Below are positions 10,493 to 19,693 of a stretch of DNA of 50,983 nucleotides, piece after piece. The notes beneath the pieces were generated by a model. The model worked only from the letters and a program-made list of their open reading frames with translations. It did not search any database and was not told where the DNA came from. Numbering within the stretch: position 1 is the stretch's first letter; each line of letters begins with the position of its first letter. The position numbers were made by a program, and so were the translations under genes. Source of the DNA: Candidatus Latescibacterota bacterium (GTDB taxonomy: Bacteria; JAAXHH01; JABIQT01); the NCBI GenBank assembly GCA_018667995.1, contig JABIQT010000051.1:1-50983 (forward strand), read 5' to 3'.

Positions 10493-11434
10493 TTACTGAT
10501 AACCGAGCCTTTTCAGATCGTTCTCACGTTTGCGCCAGGTGGGCAAAACTTTTACCCACAGATCCAGATAGACTGGTCGCCCAAGGAAAGTCTCTATACT
10601 GACTTTGGCACCAGTCCCGATTCTCTTGAGGGTGTGCCCCTTACTACCGATAATAATCCCCTTCTGCGAAGTCTTTTCCACCACTATTGTCGCGTGGATA
10701 TAGGTCTTTCCGTTCTCTCTATCTTTGAAATCATCTACAGTCACAGCACAGGCATAGGGAAGTTCATCGTGTAGTGTCGTGAATATGTGCTCGCGAACGA
10801 TCTCACCTACAAAGAACCGTTCCGGCTGATCAGTAAGCGTATCTGGCGGATACATCGGATGTGCGATTGGGAGACGTTCCGTCACGGCTTTAAGGAGTTC
10901 GTCAAGACCATCGTTGTTCAATGCAGAAATCGGAATGAGCTCTGCAAACTGAAAGCGTTGACAGGCCTTCTCTATAAGGGGCAGCACCCGTTCCTTATTG
11001 ATCCTGTCTATCTTGTTGATAGCCAGAATGACGGGACCGGAACTGCCCTTTATGTGGCCGATAATGTCTCGATCAAGGTCACGAAGCGCTCGTGAGGCAT
11101 CGACCATTGCTATCGTTACATCCGACTCATGAATAGTCCGTACTGCAGACCGCTGCATGAATTCCTGAAGCTTGTACTCCGGCTCCAACAGCCCAGGGGT
11201 ATCCATGAATACGATCTGCAAACCCGGTTCAGAGAGAATGCCCAGGATCCGTTGACGTGTCGTCTGAGGTTTTGCCGTGACGATGGATAATTGCTCACCG
11301 AGGAGCGCATTCATCAACGTTGATTTGCCGACATTCGGCCGCCCGACTATCGACACATATCCCGTTCGCCAATCATCGGATACCGCCGGCAGAATTGGTG
11401 CTGTCTCAGTGTCATCGCTACACATATTTACCAC
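10493..11434 (-). CDS. era: GTPase Era
   Basis: G1 GRPNVGKST, G3 DTPG, G4 NKID, and a C-terminal KH domain (IVVEKTSQKGIIIGSKG). Confidence 0.9.
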   Translation of the reverse strand: MVNMCSDDTETAPILPAVSDDWRTGYVSIVGRPNVGKSTLMNALLGEQLSIVTAKPQTTRQRILGILSEPGLQIVFMDTPGLLEPEYKLQEFMQRSAVRTIHESDVTIAMVDASRALRDLDRDIIGHIKGSSGPVILAINKIDRINKERVLPLIEKACQRFQFAELIPISALNNDGLDELLKAVTERLPIAHPMYPPDTLTDQPERFFVGEIVREHIFTTLHDELPYACAVTVDDFKDRENGKTYIHATIVVEKTSQKGIIIGSKGHTLKRIGTGAKVSIETFLGRPVYLDLWVKVLPTWRKRENDLKRLGYQ

Positions 11435-11552
11435 TCTGAATTAACCGGTATTTTTCGGTTGTTAGTGCCTGAAATTCATTTACATATAGCACAATAGGTT
11501 AGGGCGGTCAAGTCATTTATACATCGTAGATTACGCTGAATATAGATCATAG

Positions 11553-11581
11553 TTGACACCATTTGGCGGGGGTGTTACACT
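11553..11581 (+). promoter_or_regulatory. Candidate sigma-70-type promoter (TTGACA-17 nt-TACACT)
   Basis: Exact TTGACA at 11553-11558, a 17-nt spacer and TACACT at 11576-11581. The ATG of the next ORF (11588) lies only 6 nt past the -10 element, so the transcript may be leaderless. Confidence 0.35.
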
Positions 11582-11587
11582 GTAGCC

Positions 11588-12199
11588 ATGTTTATGATTT
11601 CATTTCGGGAACGGGTGGTACTTCGAGGCTATCACTGGTGGCGACGATGGCGGCGACGGGAAATGGTCGGATTTCCGGAAGCTCTTCAGGAAACAGACCG
11701 CCTGTTCATCTGTCTGCCGGCTGATCATGATCAAGCCAAGAATGCTGCTCTGATAATTCCTCAGCTGATAGACTGTCTGAAAGCCCGGTCCATTACAATA
11801 GCATGCACGACGGATTCAATGGATTTCTGCTCAGAATTCGGCTCTACTGTCCGCGTGGTGGACATCCGTGCCGATAACCGACGATGGAGTGGTCTGGCTA
11901 ATTCAGCACTGGTGGAAAAGATCAGAAGCGAGGGACCGAACGTTGCTATCGACCTAAACCCCCGTTTAGACGTAATGTGCGCAGTACTTTGTCTACAAAG
12001 TGGAGCCGAACTTCGTCTCAGCTTTCAAGGCAACGAACGTGCCACCTTCTTCAATGTGCAGATAGCGGTGCCACCAGAATCGCAGGATCTATCTTCTGAG
12101 CCCATAGCGGCAAAACTGACCCCCTATGAGCGATTCCTGAATACGGTGCGAGGAATGATGGGGCAATCAAGCGATACAGACCCCACGAAATTGAAGTGA
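11588..12199 (+). CDS. Hypothetical protein (203 aa)
   Basis: ORF in an otherwise empty interval with a promoter-like element upstream. I recognise no family. The N-terminus is Arg/Trp-rich (HWWRRWRRRE) and the start is uncertain. Confidence 0.4.
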   Translation: MFMISFRERVVLRGYHWWRRWRRREMVGFPEALQETDRLFICLPADHDQAKNAALIIPQLIDCLKARSITIACTTDSMDFCSEFGSTVRVVDIRADNRRWSGLANSALVEKIRSEGPNVAIDLNPRLDVMCAVLCLQSGAELRLSFQGNERATFFNVQIAVPPESQDLSSEPIAAKLTPYERFLNTVRGMMGQSSDTDPTKLK

Positions 12200-12241
12200 T
12201 TCTCGATTGATTGTACCGGCGCTACCGGTGGGATAATCCGC

Positions 12242-12270
12242 TTGACAGCCCCAATATTCCCCTCGATATT
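12242..12270 (+). promoter_or_regulatory. Candidate sigma-70-type promoter for the GWxTD array (TTGACA-17 nt-GATATT)
   Basis: Exact TTGACA at 12242-12247, a 17-nt spacer and GATATT at 12265-12270, about 130 nt upstream of the first paralogue. Confidence 0.35.
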
Positions 12271-12398
12271 GCCTTGAGAGTACCTGAACCGCCGACTCCG
12301 TTATTCCCACATACGGGTGGTGTACTCTTTACGAACCATATCCCGATTTAAATAACTCCTTTAATATCTATAGCCGTTGTGTAGAGCGGAGGTTGCCT

Positions 12399-14936
12399 AT
12401 GTATGCCAGAACTCACACCTTTCATCGGGAACGCTGCCCTTGCATCTTGCCAATACTGTTCTTGATACTGGTGATCATTCCGGCTAATCAGGTATTGGGG
12501 CAAACCACCGATCCATTCCAGGTTTTGATTGATCGTGGCCAGCGTCTCTTAGCGCAAGATGACTCCGATGGGGCAAAAACTGTACTGATTGAAGCCGTTT
12601 CCCTCAAGCCGAAATCAGCTTCGGCCAATTATTGGCTCGCCATGGCCTATTACGCCCAGGGAGATAACGGTAAGGCCGAGAAGTACTTCAAGGAGACCAT
12701 CCGAAGAGATCGAACTTTGGCTGATGCATACGTGGGTTTGGGACGGACCTATATGCGGATGAAGAATCGCATGATAGATGCCAGACAGACCATGAAAGAG
12801 GCCCTCAAGCACAATCCCGACAACGCGCAGGTTTATTACTACCTCGGCCTATCATACCTTGAACAGAGTCGCCGTGACCCAGCGGCGCCACTCTATGTGA
12901 TGCAGGGGCGCCATGCGTTTCAGCAGGCCGCGGCACGTGACACGCAGCATCCAGACGCCTATTACCAACTGGCACTTTCGTTCGAATACCCGTCGCGGGA
13001 CTATAACCGTGCCATGTCTATTTTCTACAAACAACTGTCGGTGAACCCAGGCCACCGGGATGCCCTCTCGCATCTTGGAAAATGCAGTTTTCTTACTAAG
13101 CAGTACCGAGTAGGACTCGACCTGCTCAACCAACTGAAGGACATACACGGTGACGCGCTGCCTACCTACTCTAATGTCCTTATAGCGCAACTTGAGGCAT
13201 CTCTTCTACAGGACGAGAGGGAATACGAAAAGGCGGCCAAACTCTATGAATCTTTCATCTACGGCCTGGATGCCCGGGAAAGGCCACTCTACACAGACCT
13301 GAGATATGTGGCCACGCCACAGGAGATAGCGGATTATGTGAGCGCGGATGATGCAACTCAGAAAGAGGTAGTCAGGAAATTCTGGGCATCGCGGGATCCC
13401 GATCCAGCCACGGTAGTTAACGAACGGCTGGTCGAGCACTACCGACGTGTTACGCATGCACGGGAGTACTTCTCCAGGGGGCAACAACCTTGGGACCGAC
13501 GTGGCGATATCTACATCAGATATGGAGAACCCGATGACTTGCAGCACTTTCTCCTTCGTGCAGGCGAGTCAGTCCAGGCGGTTTTTCGACCCACTGGCAA
13601 CGCGTCAATCGACGCTATTCGCGAGCGCAACCATTTGATGCGATACCGCCTCAAGGTTGACAACGGAGGATCTCCATGGGGGAACCTGGTCAACCGAAAA
13701 ATGGTCGATCCGGATGGTGATGCCCGGTCCGATGCTCAATCGGCCGTACCGGATATGGCGCAATTCTTCAGTCGTGCGGGCAACGAAACCCAGGGACTCG
13801 TCTTTGTTTCCGAAAGCTGGGTCTACGTAGCACACGATCTTGAGCTGTTCTTTGTGGATCAACTGGGAAAGGGCAAATTCGACTATCCTCTTGGGATACA
13901 TGAAACTGAGATCGAAGAGTCCAGTATACAGAGCCGATTCCATCCGCAGAAGATGGCCGAGAGGCTGATTCGCACGAACCCCGAGTCCTATCAATTTGAT
14001 TATGGCGGGCAACCGCTGGATTATCTCTACGACCTGGTCACCTACCGCGGAATTGAAGGTGAAACCGTTCTCGAGTTCGCTTATTCCGTACCCGCCTGGC
14101 AGTTGGGGTCCGTCTCCGATGGCCAGGGCTTGAAGACCTGGTTTGACAGTCATCTGGTTCTCAGCGATCATGACTTTAATAGAGCCGCAAACAGATCAAC
14201 CAGGATCGGACCTCTTGAGCGACCACTCACCGCAGGAAAAACGAAAGCACTTGGCGTAGATCTGCATACGGCCATTGTCTCACTCAAAGTGCCGCCCGGC
14301 GACTACAATTCAGCAGTAGAAGTCAGGGATGAAGCTACGCGACGAATTGGTATTTTTCAGCAATCCCTGCATGTGCCAGATTACTCCGCGACCGAACTCG
14401 CTCTGAGTGATATCCGACTCGCAAGTAGCATTGTGCCCGCGGACAATGTAGGACCGTTTGTCAGAAATGGACTGCACATTGAACCCAATCCGGCCCGGAT
14501 ATTTCAGAATTCAGAGCCAGTCAGCTTCTATTACGAGATATATAATCTGAAGAAAGATGTCACGGGACAGTCAAGATACCGGACGGAACTTGAAGTGTCC
14601 ACTCGTGAACAAAGCGGTAATATCGTCTGGCGATTTCTTTCCGAGCTGGGAAACCTGATCAGAAGATCGGACGACCGCGAGTCGGTCTCAATGCTCTTTG
14701 AGGACGAAGGCGAGTCCTCCAGCGAGTTTAAATACACATCCATCGATACGGGCGATACCAGCTCTGGACGGTACGTGTTGACCTTGACAGTTACCGATTT
14801 GAGCACCGACCGTTCTACATCGAAATCCAGGGAATTTGTGGTAACTAACGACCGCCAAAAGTGGTATGAGGAACAGCCCGGCAAGGCATTGGATATCCGT
14901 GTTATCAAGGACAAGGAGCCTGAGGGCTCTCCTTAA
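12399..14936 (+). CDS. Secreted TPR-repeat + GWxTD-like domain protein, paralogue 1
   Basis: GGAGG lies 7 nt before the ATG at 12399 (the track starts at TTG 12393). Hydrophobic signal (ILPILFLILVIIPANQVLG), TPR repeats (YWLAMAYYAQGDNGKAEKYFKE...). Conserved block FWASRDPDPATVVNERLVEHYRRV...PWDRRGDIYIRYGEPDD, then ESWVYV..LELFFVDQ and FYYEIYNL. Confidence 0.8.
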   Translation: MYARTHTFHRERCPCILPILFLILVIIPANQVLGQTTDPFQVLIDRGQRLLAQDDSDGAKTVLIEAVSLKPKSASANYWLAMAYYAQGDNGKAEKYFKETIRRDRTLADAYVGLGRTYMRMKNRMIDARQTMKEALKHNPDNAQVYYYLGLSYLEQSRRDPAAPLYVMQGRHAFQQAAARDTQHPDAYYQLALSFEYPSRDYNRAMSIFYKQLSVNPGHRDALSHLGKCSFLTKQYRVGLDLLNQLKDIHGDALPTYSNVLIAQLEASLLQDEREYEKAAKLYESFIYGLDARERPLYTDLRYVATPQEIADYVSADDATQKEVVRKFWASRDPDPATVVNERLVEHYRRVTHAREYFSRGQQPWDRRGDIYIRYGEPDDLQHFLLRAGESVQAVFRPTGNASIDAIRERNHLMRYRLKVDNGGSPWGNLVNRKMVDPDGDARSDAQSAVPDMAQFFSRAGNETQGLVFVSESWVYVAHDLELFFVDQLGKGKFDYPLGIHETEIEESSIQSRFHPQKMAERLIRTNPESYQFDYGGQPLDYLYDLVTYRGIEGETVLEFAYSVPAWQLGSVSDGQGLKTWFDSHLVLSDHDFNRAANRSTRIGPLERPLTAGKTKALGVDLHTAIVSLKVPPGDYNSAVEVRDEATRRIGIFQQSLHVPDYSATELALSDIRLASSIVPADNVGPFVRNGLHIEPNPARIFQNSEPVSFYYEIYNLKKDVTGQSRYRTELEVSTREQSGNIVWRFLSELGNLIRRSDDRESVSMLFEDEGESSSEFKYTSIDTGDTSSGRYVLTLTVTDLSTDRSTSKSREFVVTNDRQKWYEEQPGKALDIRVIKDKEPEGSP

Positions 14937-14952
14937 ACGAAATCAGACTAAG

Positions 14953-17346
14953 ATGATACAATCCTACTCCATACGTGCGTTCGTGGTTGCACTGGTCTAC
15001 CTGGCCAGTATTCTGTCGATAGCCGCCCAACAGCCAGAAGTGTCGATCAAACGGGGCAAGACCCTCTTTGAGGACGGCCAATTCGAAGATGCATCGGCTG
15101 TCTTCCGAATGATCATTGAACAGGATTCAAAACGAATAACACCCCATTACTGGCTTGGGTTGTCTCTTCACGCCCAAGGTGAAAGTAAAGAAGCGGTCAA
15201 AAGTCTTAAAAAGGCCGTGAAACTGGACCGGGACTTCGTAGACGCCCATGTGGTGCTAGCGCAAATCTATCTCGGGATGGACAAGAAGAAAGATGCGCGA
15301 AAGTCGGCTGAAAAGGCCATAAAAGCCAATCCTGAAACAGCGAACGCGCATTACTACCTGGCGCTCGCACGCGACGAGAACGTCAAGTTGGCCGAGCTTC
15401 GGCGAGGGAAAGTAAAGAAAGTATTCGAGAATCAGTATTGGCCTCTCAAGAAGGCCATATCGCTTGACCCACAGCATACCGATGCCCACTACCGAATCGG
15501 CCGTCTGTACATTAAGCTCATGAAAGATCCTGATAGTGCCATCCCCTTCTTCGTGGAACAGGCCTCCATTAACCCCGAGCATACGGAAGCTCTGCTCGCT
15601 CTTGCTGACGCAAGCATAGCAACGGAACGATTTCAAGAGGGCGTCGAACATTTCCAGAAGCTGGCGGAACTGCACGGTGGTAAGACACACCCACTCGTGG
15701 TAGGCCTATCGGCTCAGCTGGACTCCTATGTCTATCTTGGACTTCGGCGCGAGCCAGAGGCACTGAAGGCGCTGGAGGCGTACCTGATTGTCATAAAGGA
15801 CCATGATCCCGAAGCATTTAGACGATACCGAGATATCTCTCTCGTGGCTGAACCGGATATCGTGAAAAAATACGGTCAGCTCACGGATGATGAGAAAGAG
15901 GCAACATGGCGTCAATTTTGGGCCGTTCGGGATCCGGATCCTACGACGGCTGTAAACGAGCGTCTTTCGGAGCATTACCGACGGGTCATGTTCGCGTTAC
16001 GGAATTTCTCCGATGGCAAAGAGCCATGGGATACCCGTGGAGAGATCTATATTCGATATGGCGAACCTGATGATCGTCAGTCGTTCGTTTTCCGCACTGG
16101 ATCCAACGTTATGGAAAACTATATGCCCTCGGGCGACTCTCAGGTTGATGCCGTTCGTGAAACCAACCGTTACCAGTATCAGTTGCAGGTTTCGAATGGG
16201 GCTTCTCCCTGGTCCGAGGATTCCGGTGGCTTTGATAGCTTTCTTGCCCGATCAAGCAATGAGACACGGGCAAACGCTTTTGCCACAGAGAGCTGGGTTT
16301 ATGTACCTTACAATCTTGAGCTGTTCTTCACGGATCAGATGAACGATGGTTCGTATGATTACCCACTCCTTCCTACCCAATTACCCTCGGTACCGGGGAG
16401 CTCCGGATTCGCCAGGAGTCCTGGTTTCCGATTCATGTCCACGCCCAAACAACGGGTAGCCTCCCTGATTAAGCAAAAACCTGAGGCCTACGATTTTGAC
16501 TACGGTGGCGACCCCCTCAATTTCGTATACGATCTCGCTGCATTCAGGGGCAATGACGATCAGACCGAGGTCGAGGTCGCTTTCAGCGTACCTACAGATC
16601 AAATGGGTATTGCCTCCGATGGCAGTGGGATGGAAACATGGTTCGCTTCCCGGGTAGCCCTTCAAGACGCAGGTCGAAATTATGTGGCAGGTTCACAAGC
16701 CCTGGCCGGTCCGGTCGCCCGTCCCATGAGCAGACCTGGTAAGGACCGAGTAGAACTCAGGACTGCGGGATTCTCGTTTACGGCGCCAGCGGGGACATAC
16801 AGGTCCGCCCTTGCAGTAAAGGACTCCACGACAAAGCGCATTGGGATTTTTCTGCGGCCGTTTACCGTGAAGGACTTTAGTGGAGCGAACCTCCACGTTA
16901 GCGATATAAAGCTCGCCGCAGCTATTTCAGAATCCGCCGATCCGGGGCCTTTCTCGCGAAACGGACTCCGGATCATTCCCCATCCAGTGCATATCTTCGC
17001 GGTAGCCCAACCCATCTATATTTACTTTGAGCTCTACAATCTGACTCAGAACGGCAGTGGTCAAACTGAATTCGATACCGGCTTGACCATTGCCGCTAAA
17101 GAAGAACAGCGCAATTTTGCCTGGCAGCTTCTGACGGATATCGGCCGTCTCGTCACACGATCTTCAAACGACCAGGCCGTCGATCTTGCCTATGAGGATG
17201 GAGGCCTGCTTACTGATGATTTCAGGCATACATCAATCGACACCTCGGATCTTCCGCCCGGACCGTACACGCTGACGCTGACGGTTACTGACAGGCAGAC
17301 TGGCGAAGCGGACATTAGCGAGACGGACTTCGTTATCGCAAAATAA
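14953..17346 (+). CDS. Secreted TPR-repeat + GWxTD-like domain protein, paralogue 2
   Basis: The start is set at ATG 14953 (MIQSYSIRAFVVALVYLASILSIAAQQ, a signal peptide). The track start 14866 would overlap paralogue 1. Block FWAVRDPDPTTAVNERLSEHYRRV...PWDTRGEIYIRYGEPDD. Confidence 0.8.
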   Translation: MIQSYSIRAFVVALVYLASILSIAAQQPEVSIKRGKTLFEDGQFEDASAVFRMIIEQDSKRITPHYWLGLSLHAQGESKEAVKSLKKAVKLDRDFVDAHVVLAQIYLGMDKKKDARKSAEKAIKANPETANAHYYLALARDENVKLAELRRGKVKKVFENQYWPLKKAISLDPQHTDAHYRIGRLYIKLMKDPDSAIPFFVEQASINPEHTEALLALADASIATERFQEGVEHFQKLAELHGGKTHPLVVGLSAQLDSYVYLGLRREPEALKALEAYLIVIKDHDPEAFRRYRDISLVAEPDIVKKYGQLTDDEKEATWRQFWAVRDPDPTTAVNERLSEHYRRVMFALRNFSDGKEPWDTRGEIYIRYGEPDDRQSFVFRTGSNVMENYMPSGDSQVDAVRETNRYQYQLQVSNGASPWSEDSGGFDSFLARSSNETRANAFATESWVYVPYNLELFFTDQMNDGSYDYPLLPTQLPSVPGSSGFARSPGFRFMSTPKQRVASLIKQKPEAYDFDYGGDPLNFVYDLAAFRGNDDQTEVEVAFSVPTDQMGIASDGSGMETWFASRVALQDAGRNYVAGSQALAGPVARPMSRPGKDRVELRTAGFSFTAPAGTYRSALAVKDSTTKRIGIFLRPFTVKDFSGANLHVSDIKLAAAISESADPGPFSRNGLRIIPHPVHIFAVAQPIYIYFELYNLTQNGSGQTEFDTGLTIAAKEEQRNFAWQLLTDIGRLVTRSSNDQAVDLAYEDGGLLTDDFRHTSIDTSDLPPGPYTLTLTVTDRQTGEADISETDFVIAK

Positions 17347-17377
17347 ATGTTATCCGAGTTTCATTCTGGATCGTATC

Positions 17378-19684
17378 ATGAATTCCGTTATGCCACATCT
17401 GCTACTGGCCAGCATTTGCGCCACGCTCGTCTTCCCCGCTTTTGCATCCGCCGTTTGGCGTCCTCAAAGCACCGATCCTCTAGCTTCAATCGAAACTGGC
17501 CAATCACATTACACTGAGCGCCGTTATAAGGAAGCTCAGGCTGCTTTCCAGGATGCTGTGAAATCGGCTCCGCAGTCGGCCAGAGCCCACTATTTACTTG
17601 GCATGGCCATGTATCAGCAGGACAAGAATGAGGACGCGCTTGGGCAATTTCAGCGAAGCATAAAGCTGGATCGAAAAATGGCCGGAGGACACGCCGGTGT
17701 TGGTCTGGTATTGCTTCGGAAGAAAAATAGGCGCCTTGACGCGCGTGTGGAGCTACGGCGGGCTGTAAAACTCGATCCAGACAATGCACAATTCCAGTAT
17801 TATCTGGGCCTATCTTATATCGGGCAGAATTCACTGGCAAAATCCCGCGGATACGGTGCCTACAAGGATGGGCAGCGATACTTCAAGCGGGCGATCGATC
17901 TCGATCCGCAACACCCCGACGCCTACTATCAGCTCGCCCGATCCTATGAATTTCCATCTCGCGAATATGAAAAGGCCATTCCCCTTTATTTTCGTCAGAT
18001 AGTGGTCAATCCAGATCATCCAGATGCACTCTCATTGCTGGGTTCGTGCTCGTTGGAAGCGGGTCTGTTTGACGAAGGATTGACTATGGTGGAGCAGCTG
18101 TCAGCCAGATTCGGCGAGGAAGGAATACCGGGCTTGGGGAAGGTACGAAACAAGCTCTCGGCTGCCGGGCTACTACAGTCGGACGATTTCGAAAAGTCCT
18201 TTGAGTCCTTCGAAGCCTATCTGGCCCGCCTCGAACCGAAAGAGCGGCACCTCTACCAAAATCTGGCGTTTCTAGACAACGATAGCCAGCGGTTAGATCT
18301 GGCGGTGTTTTCGGAGTCGGATAAAGAAGAACGGTGGCGCATATATTGGGCCTCCCGTGATCCGGACCCTTCGACGCAGGTGAACGAGAGACTTGTGGAA
18401 CACTACCGGCGGGTACTCTATTCCCGTACGCACTTTTCCAGGGGGCAACATCCATGGGATCGGCGTGGTGAGATCTATATCCGGTATGGAGAACCAGACG
18501 ATAGACGAAGAGTGTTCTTTGCAGATGGGAGCGTGCCTCCATTTCCTTCAGGCAACAATCGGGTTGACGTCGTTCGGTCGACCAATCCCTACCGGCTCAA
18601 CGTTGGTACTGGCGGCCTCTCAAGCGGCGTAGGAATCGCCTTCAAGACCGAGAGCTGGGTTTACGTGCCTTACGGCCTCGAACTGTTGTTTGTGGACCAG
18701 ATGGGCCGTGAAACGTATGAATTTCCGCTTCCTATGAATGAGTTTGGTAATCTAGCGTCGTACGGACCGAGGCAGTCCGCAAACAGGCTGGTAGACCGCG
18801 TTCCGGAAGACTATCGATTCGATTTCGGCGAAGGCCCTATTGATCTCGCAATCGATGTTGTCACCTTCAAGGACACGGACTCGCGCACCATGCTGGACAT
18901 AGCCTTTAGCGTTCCCAATGCCCAGCTAGGGCACGCCGGTGACGGGCATGGAATGACCTCCTGGCTAGATGGAAATGTCGTAGTGCGTGATCCGAATTAC
19001 CGACACGTGCTAAAGCTTGGCAAAGTTATAGGTCCTATTGAGCGTCCGCTCTCCGCCAGATCGTTCGATATCGCGTCCGAAACGTACCAGACTTCGCGAA
19101 TTGCTGCTTCCGTCGTTCCCGGCTCCTATCATTCGGCCCTCACAGTACGCGACAGGGCGACGGACCGCGTCGGTATCTACAAACTGCCGGTGGACGCTGT
19201 CAACTATACAAAGGATTCTCTCCAGCTCAGTGATATCAGACTCGCATCCTCCATTAAGCCAACGGCGGAATCGAGTACTTTTGTGCGCCATGGTCTGCAG
19301 ATAGTACCACACCCAGCTCGGACGTTCAGACGTGACAGACCTGTCTTTTTCTACTATGAGATCTATAATCTCATGCAGGGGGAATCGGGTGAAGCACATT
19401 ACCGTACCCAGCTGACTATCGCCGCCAACGACAAGACGAAAGGGTTTATAGGAAACATCCTCTCGACTATCGGCAGAGCTATTTCACGCAACGACGACAC
19501 CCAATCTGTCGTTGTTGTTGCGGAGGATGAAGCCTCGGGCCCTGATGCCTACCAGTACCAGTCTATAGAACTTGGAGATTCTCCCAGCGGAGTGTATACG
19601 CTGACGCTTGAAATCACCGATCTCGGCGGAATGGCCACGGCATCCAAATCGATAGACTTCACTGTGGCCCCGAGCGAGGATTAA
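17378..19684 (+). CDS. Secreted TPR-repeat + GWxTD-like domain protein, paralogue 3
   Basis: Signal peptide (HLLLASICATLVFPAFASA), TPRs, and YWASRDPDPSTQVNERLVEHYRRV...PWDRRGEIYIRYGEPDD. Confidence 0.8.
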   Translation: MNSVMPHLLLASICATLVFPAFASAVWRPQSTDPLASIETGQSHYTERRYKEAQAAFQDAVKSAPQSARAHYLLGMAMYQQDKNEDALGQFQRSIKLDRKMAGGHAGVGLVLLRKKNRRLDARVELRRAVKLDPDNAQFQYYLGLSYIGQNSLAKSRGYGAYKDGQRYFKRAIDLDPQHPDAYYQLARSYEFPSREYEKAIPLYFRQIVVNPDHPDALSLLGSCSLEAGLFDEGLTMVEQLSARFGEEGIPGLGKVRNKLSAAGLLQSDDFEKSFESFEAYLARLEPKERHLYQNLAFLDNDSQRLDLAVFSESDKEERWRIYWASRDPDPSTQVNERLVEHYRRVLYSRTHFSRGQHPWDRRGEIYIRYGEPDDRRRVFFADGSVPPFPSGNNRVDVVRSTNPYRLNVGTGGLSSGVGIAFKTESWVYVPYGLELLFVDQMGRETYEFPLPMNEFGNLASYGPRQSANRLVDRVPEDYRFDFGEGPIDLAIDVVTFKDTDSRTMLDIAFSVPNAQLGHAGDGHGMTSWLDGNVVVRDPNYRHVLKLGKVIGPIERPLSARSFDIASETYQTSRIAASVVPGSYHSALTVRDRATDRVGIYKLPVDAVNYTKDSLQLSDIRLASSIKPTAESSTFVRHGLQIVPHPARTFRRDRPVFFYYEIYNLMQGESGEAHYRTQLTIAANDKTKGFIGNILSTIGRAISRNDDTQSVVVVAEDEASGPDAYQYQSIELGDSPSGVYTLTLEITDLGGMATASKSIDFTVAPSED

Positions 19685-19693
19685 TAGGCGACT

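Noticed and set aside
13605-14171. 188-aa minus-strand ORF, and similar 110-185-aa antisense ORFs inside the GWxTD genes (for example 24494-25051 and 15256-15690)
   Set aside because: They are shadow ORFs on the opposite strand of strongly supported, motif-bearing genes. They have no motifs of their own.
14866-14952. Upstream extension of GWxTD paralogue 2 that overlaps paralogue 1
   Set aside because: The extension is out of frame within the end of copy 1 and has no signal peptide. ATG 14953 begins a canonical signal sequence, as in the other copies.
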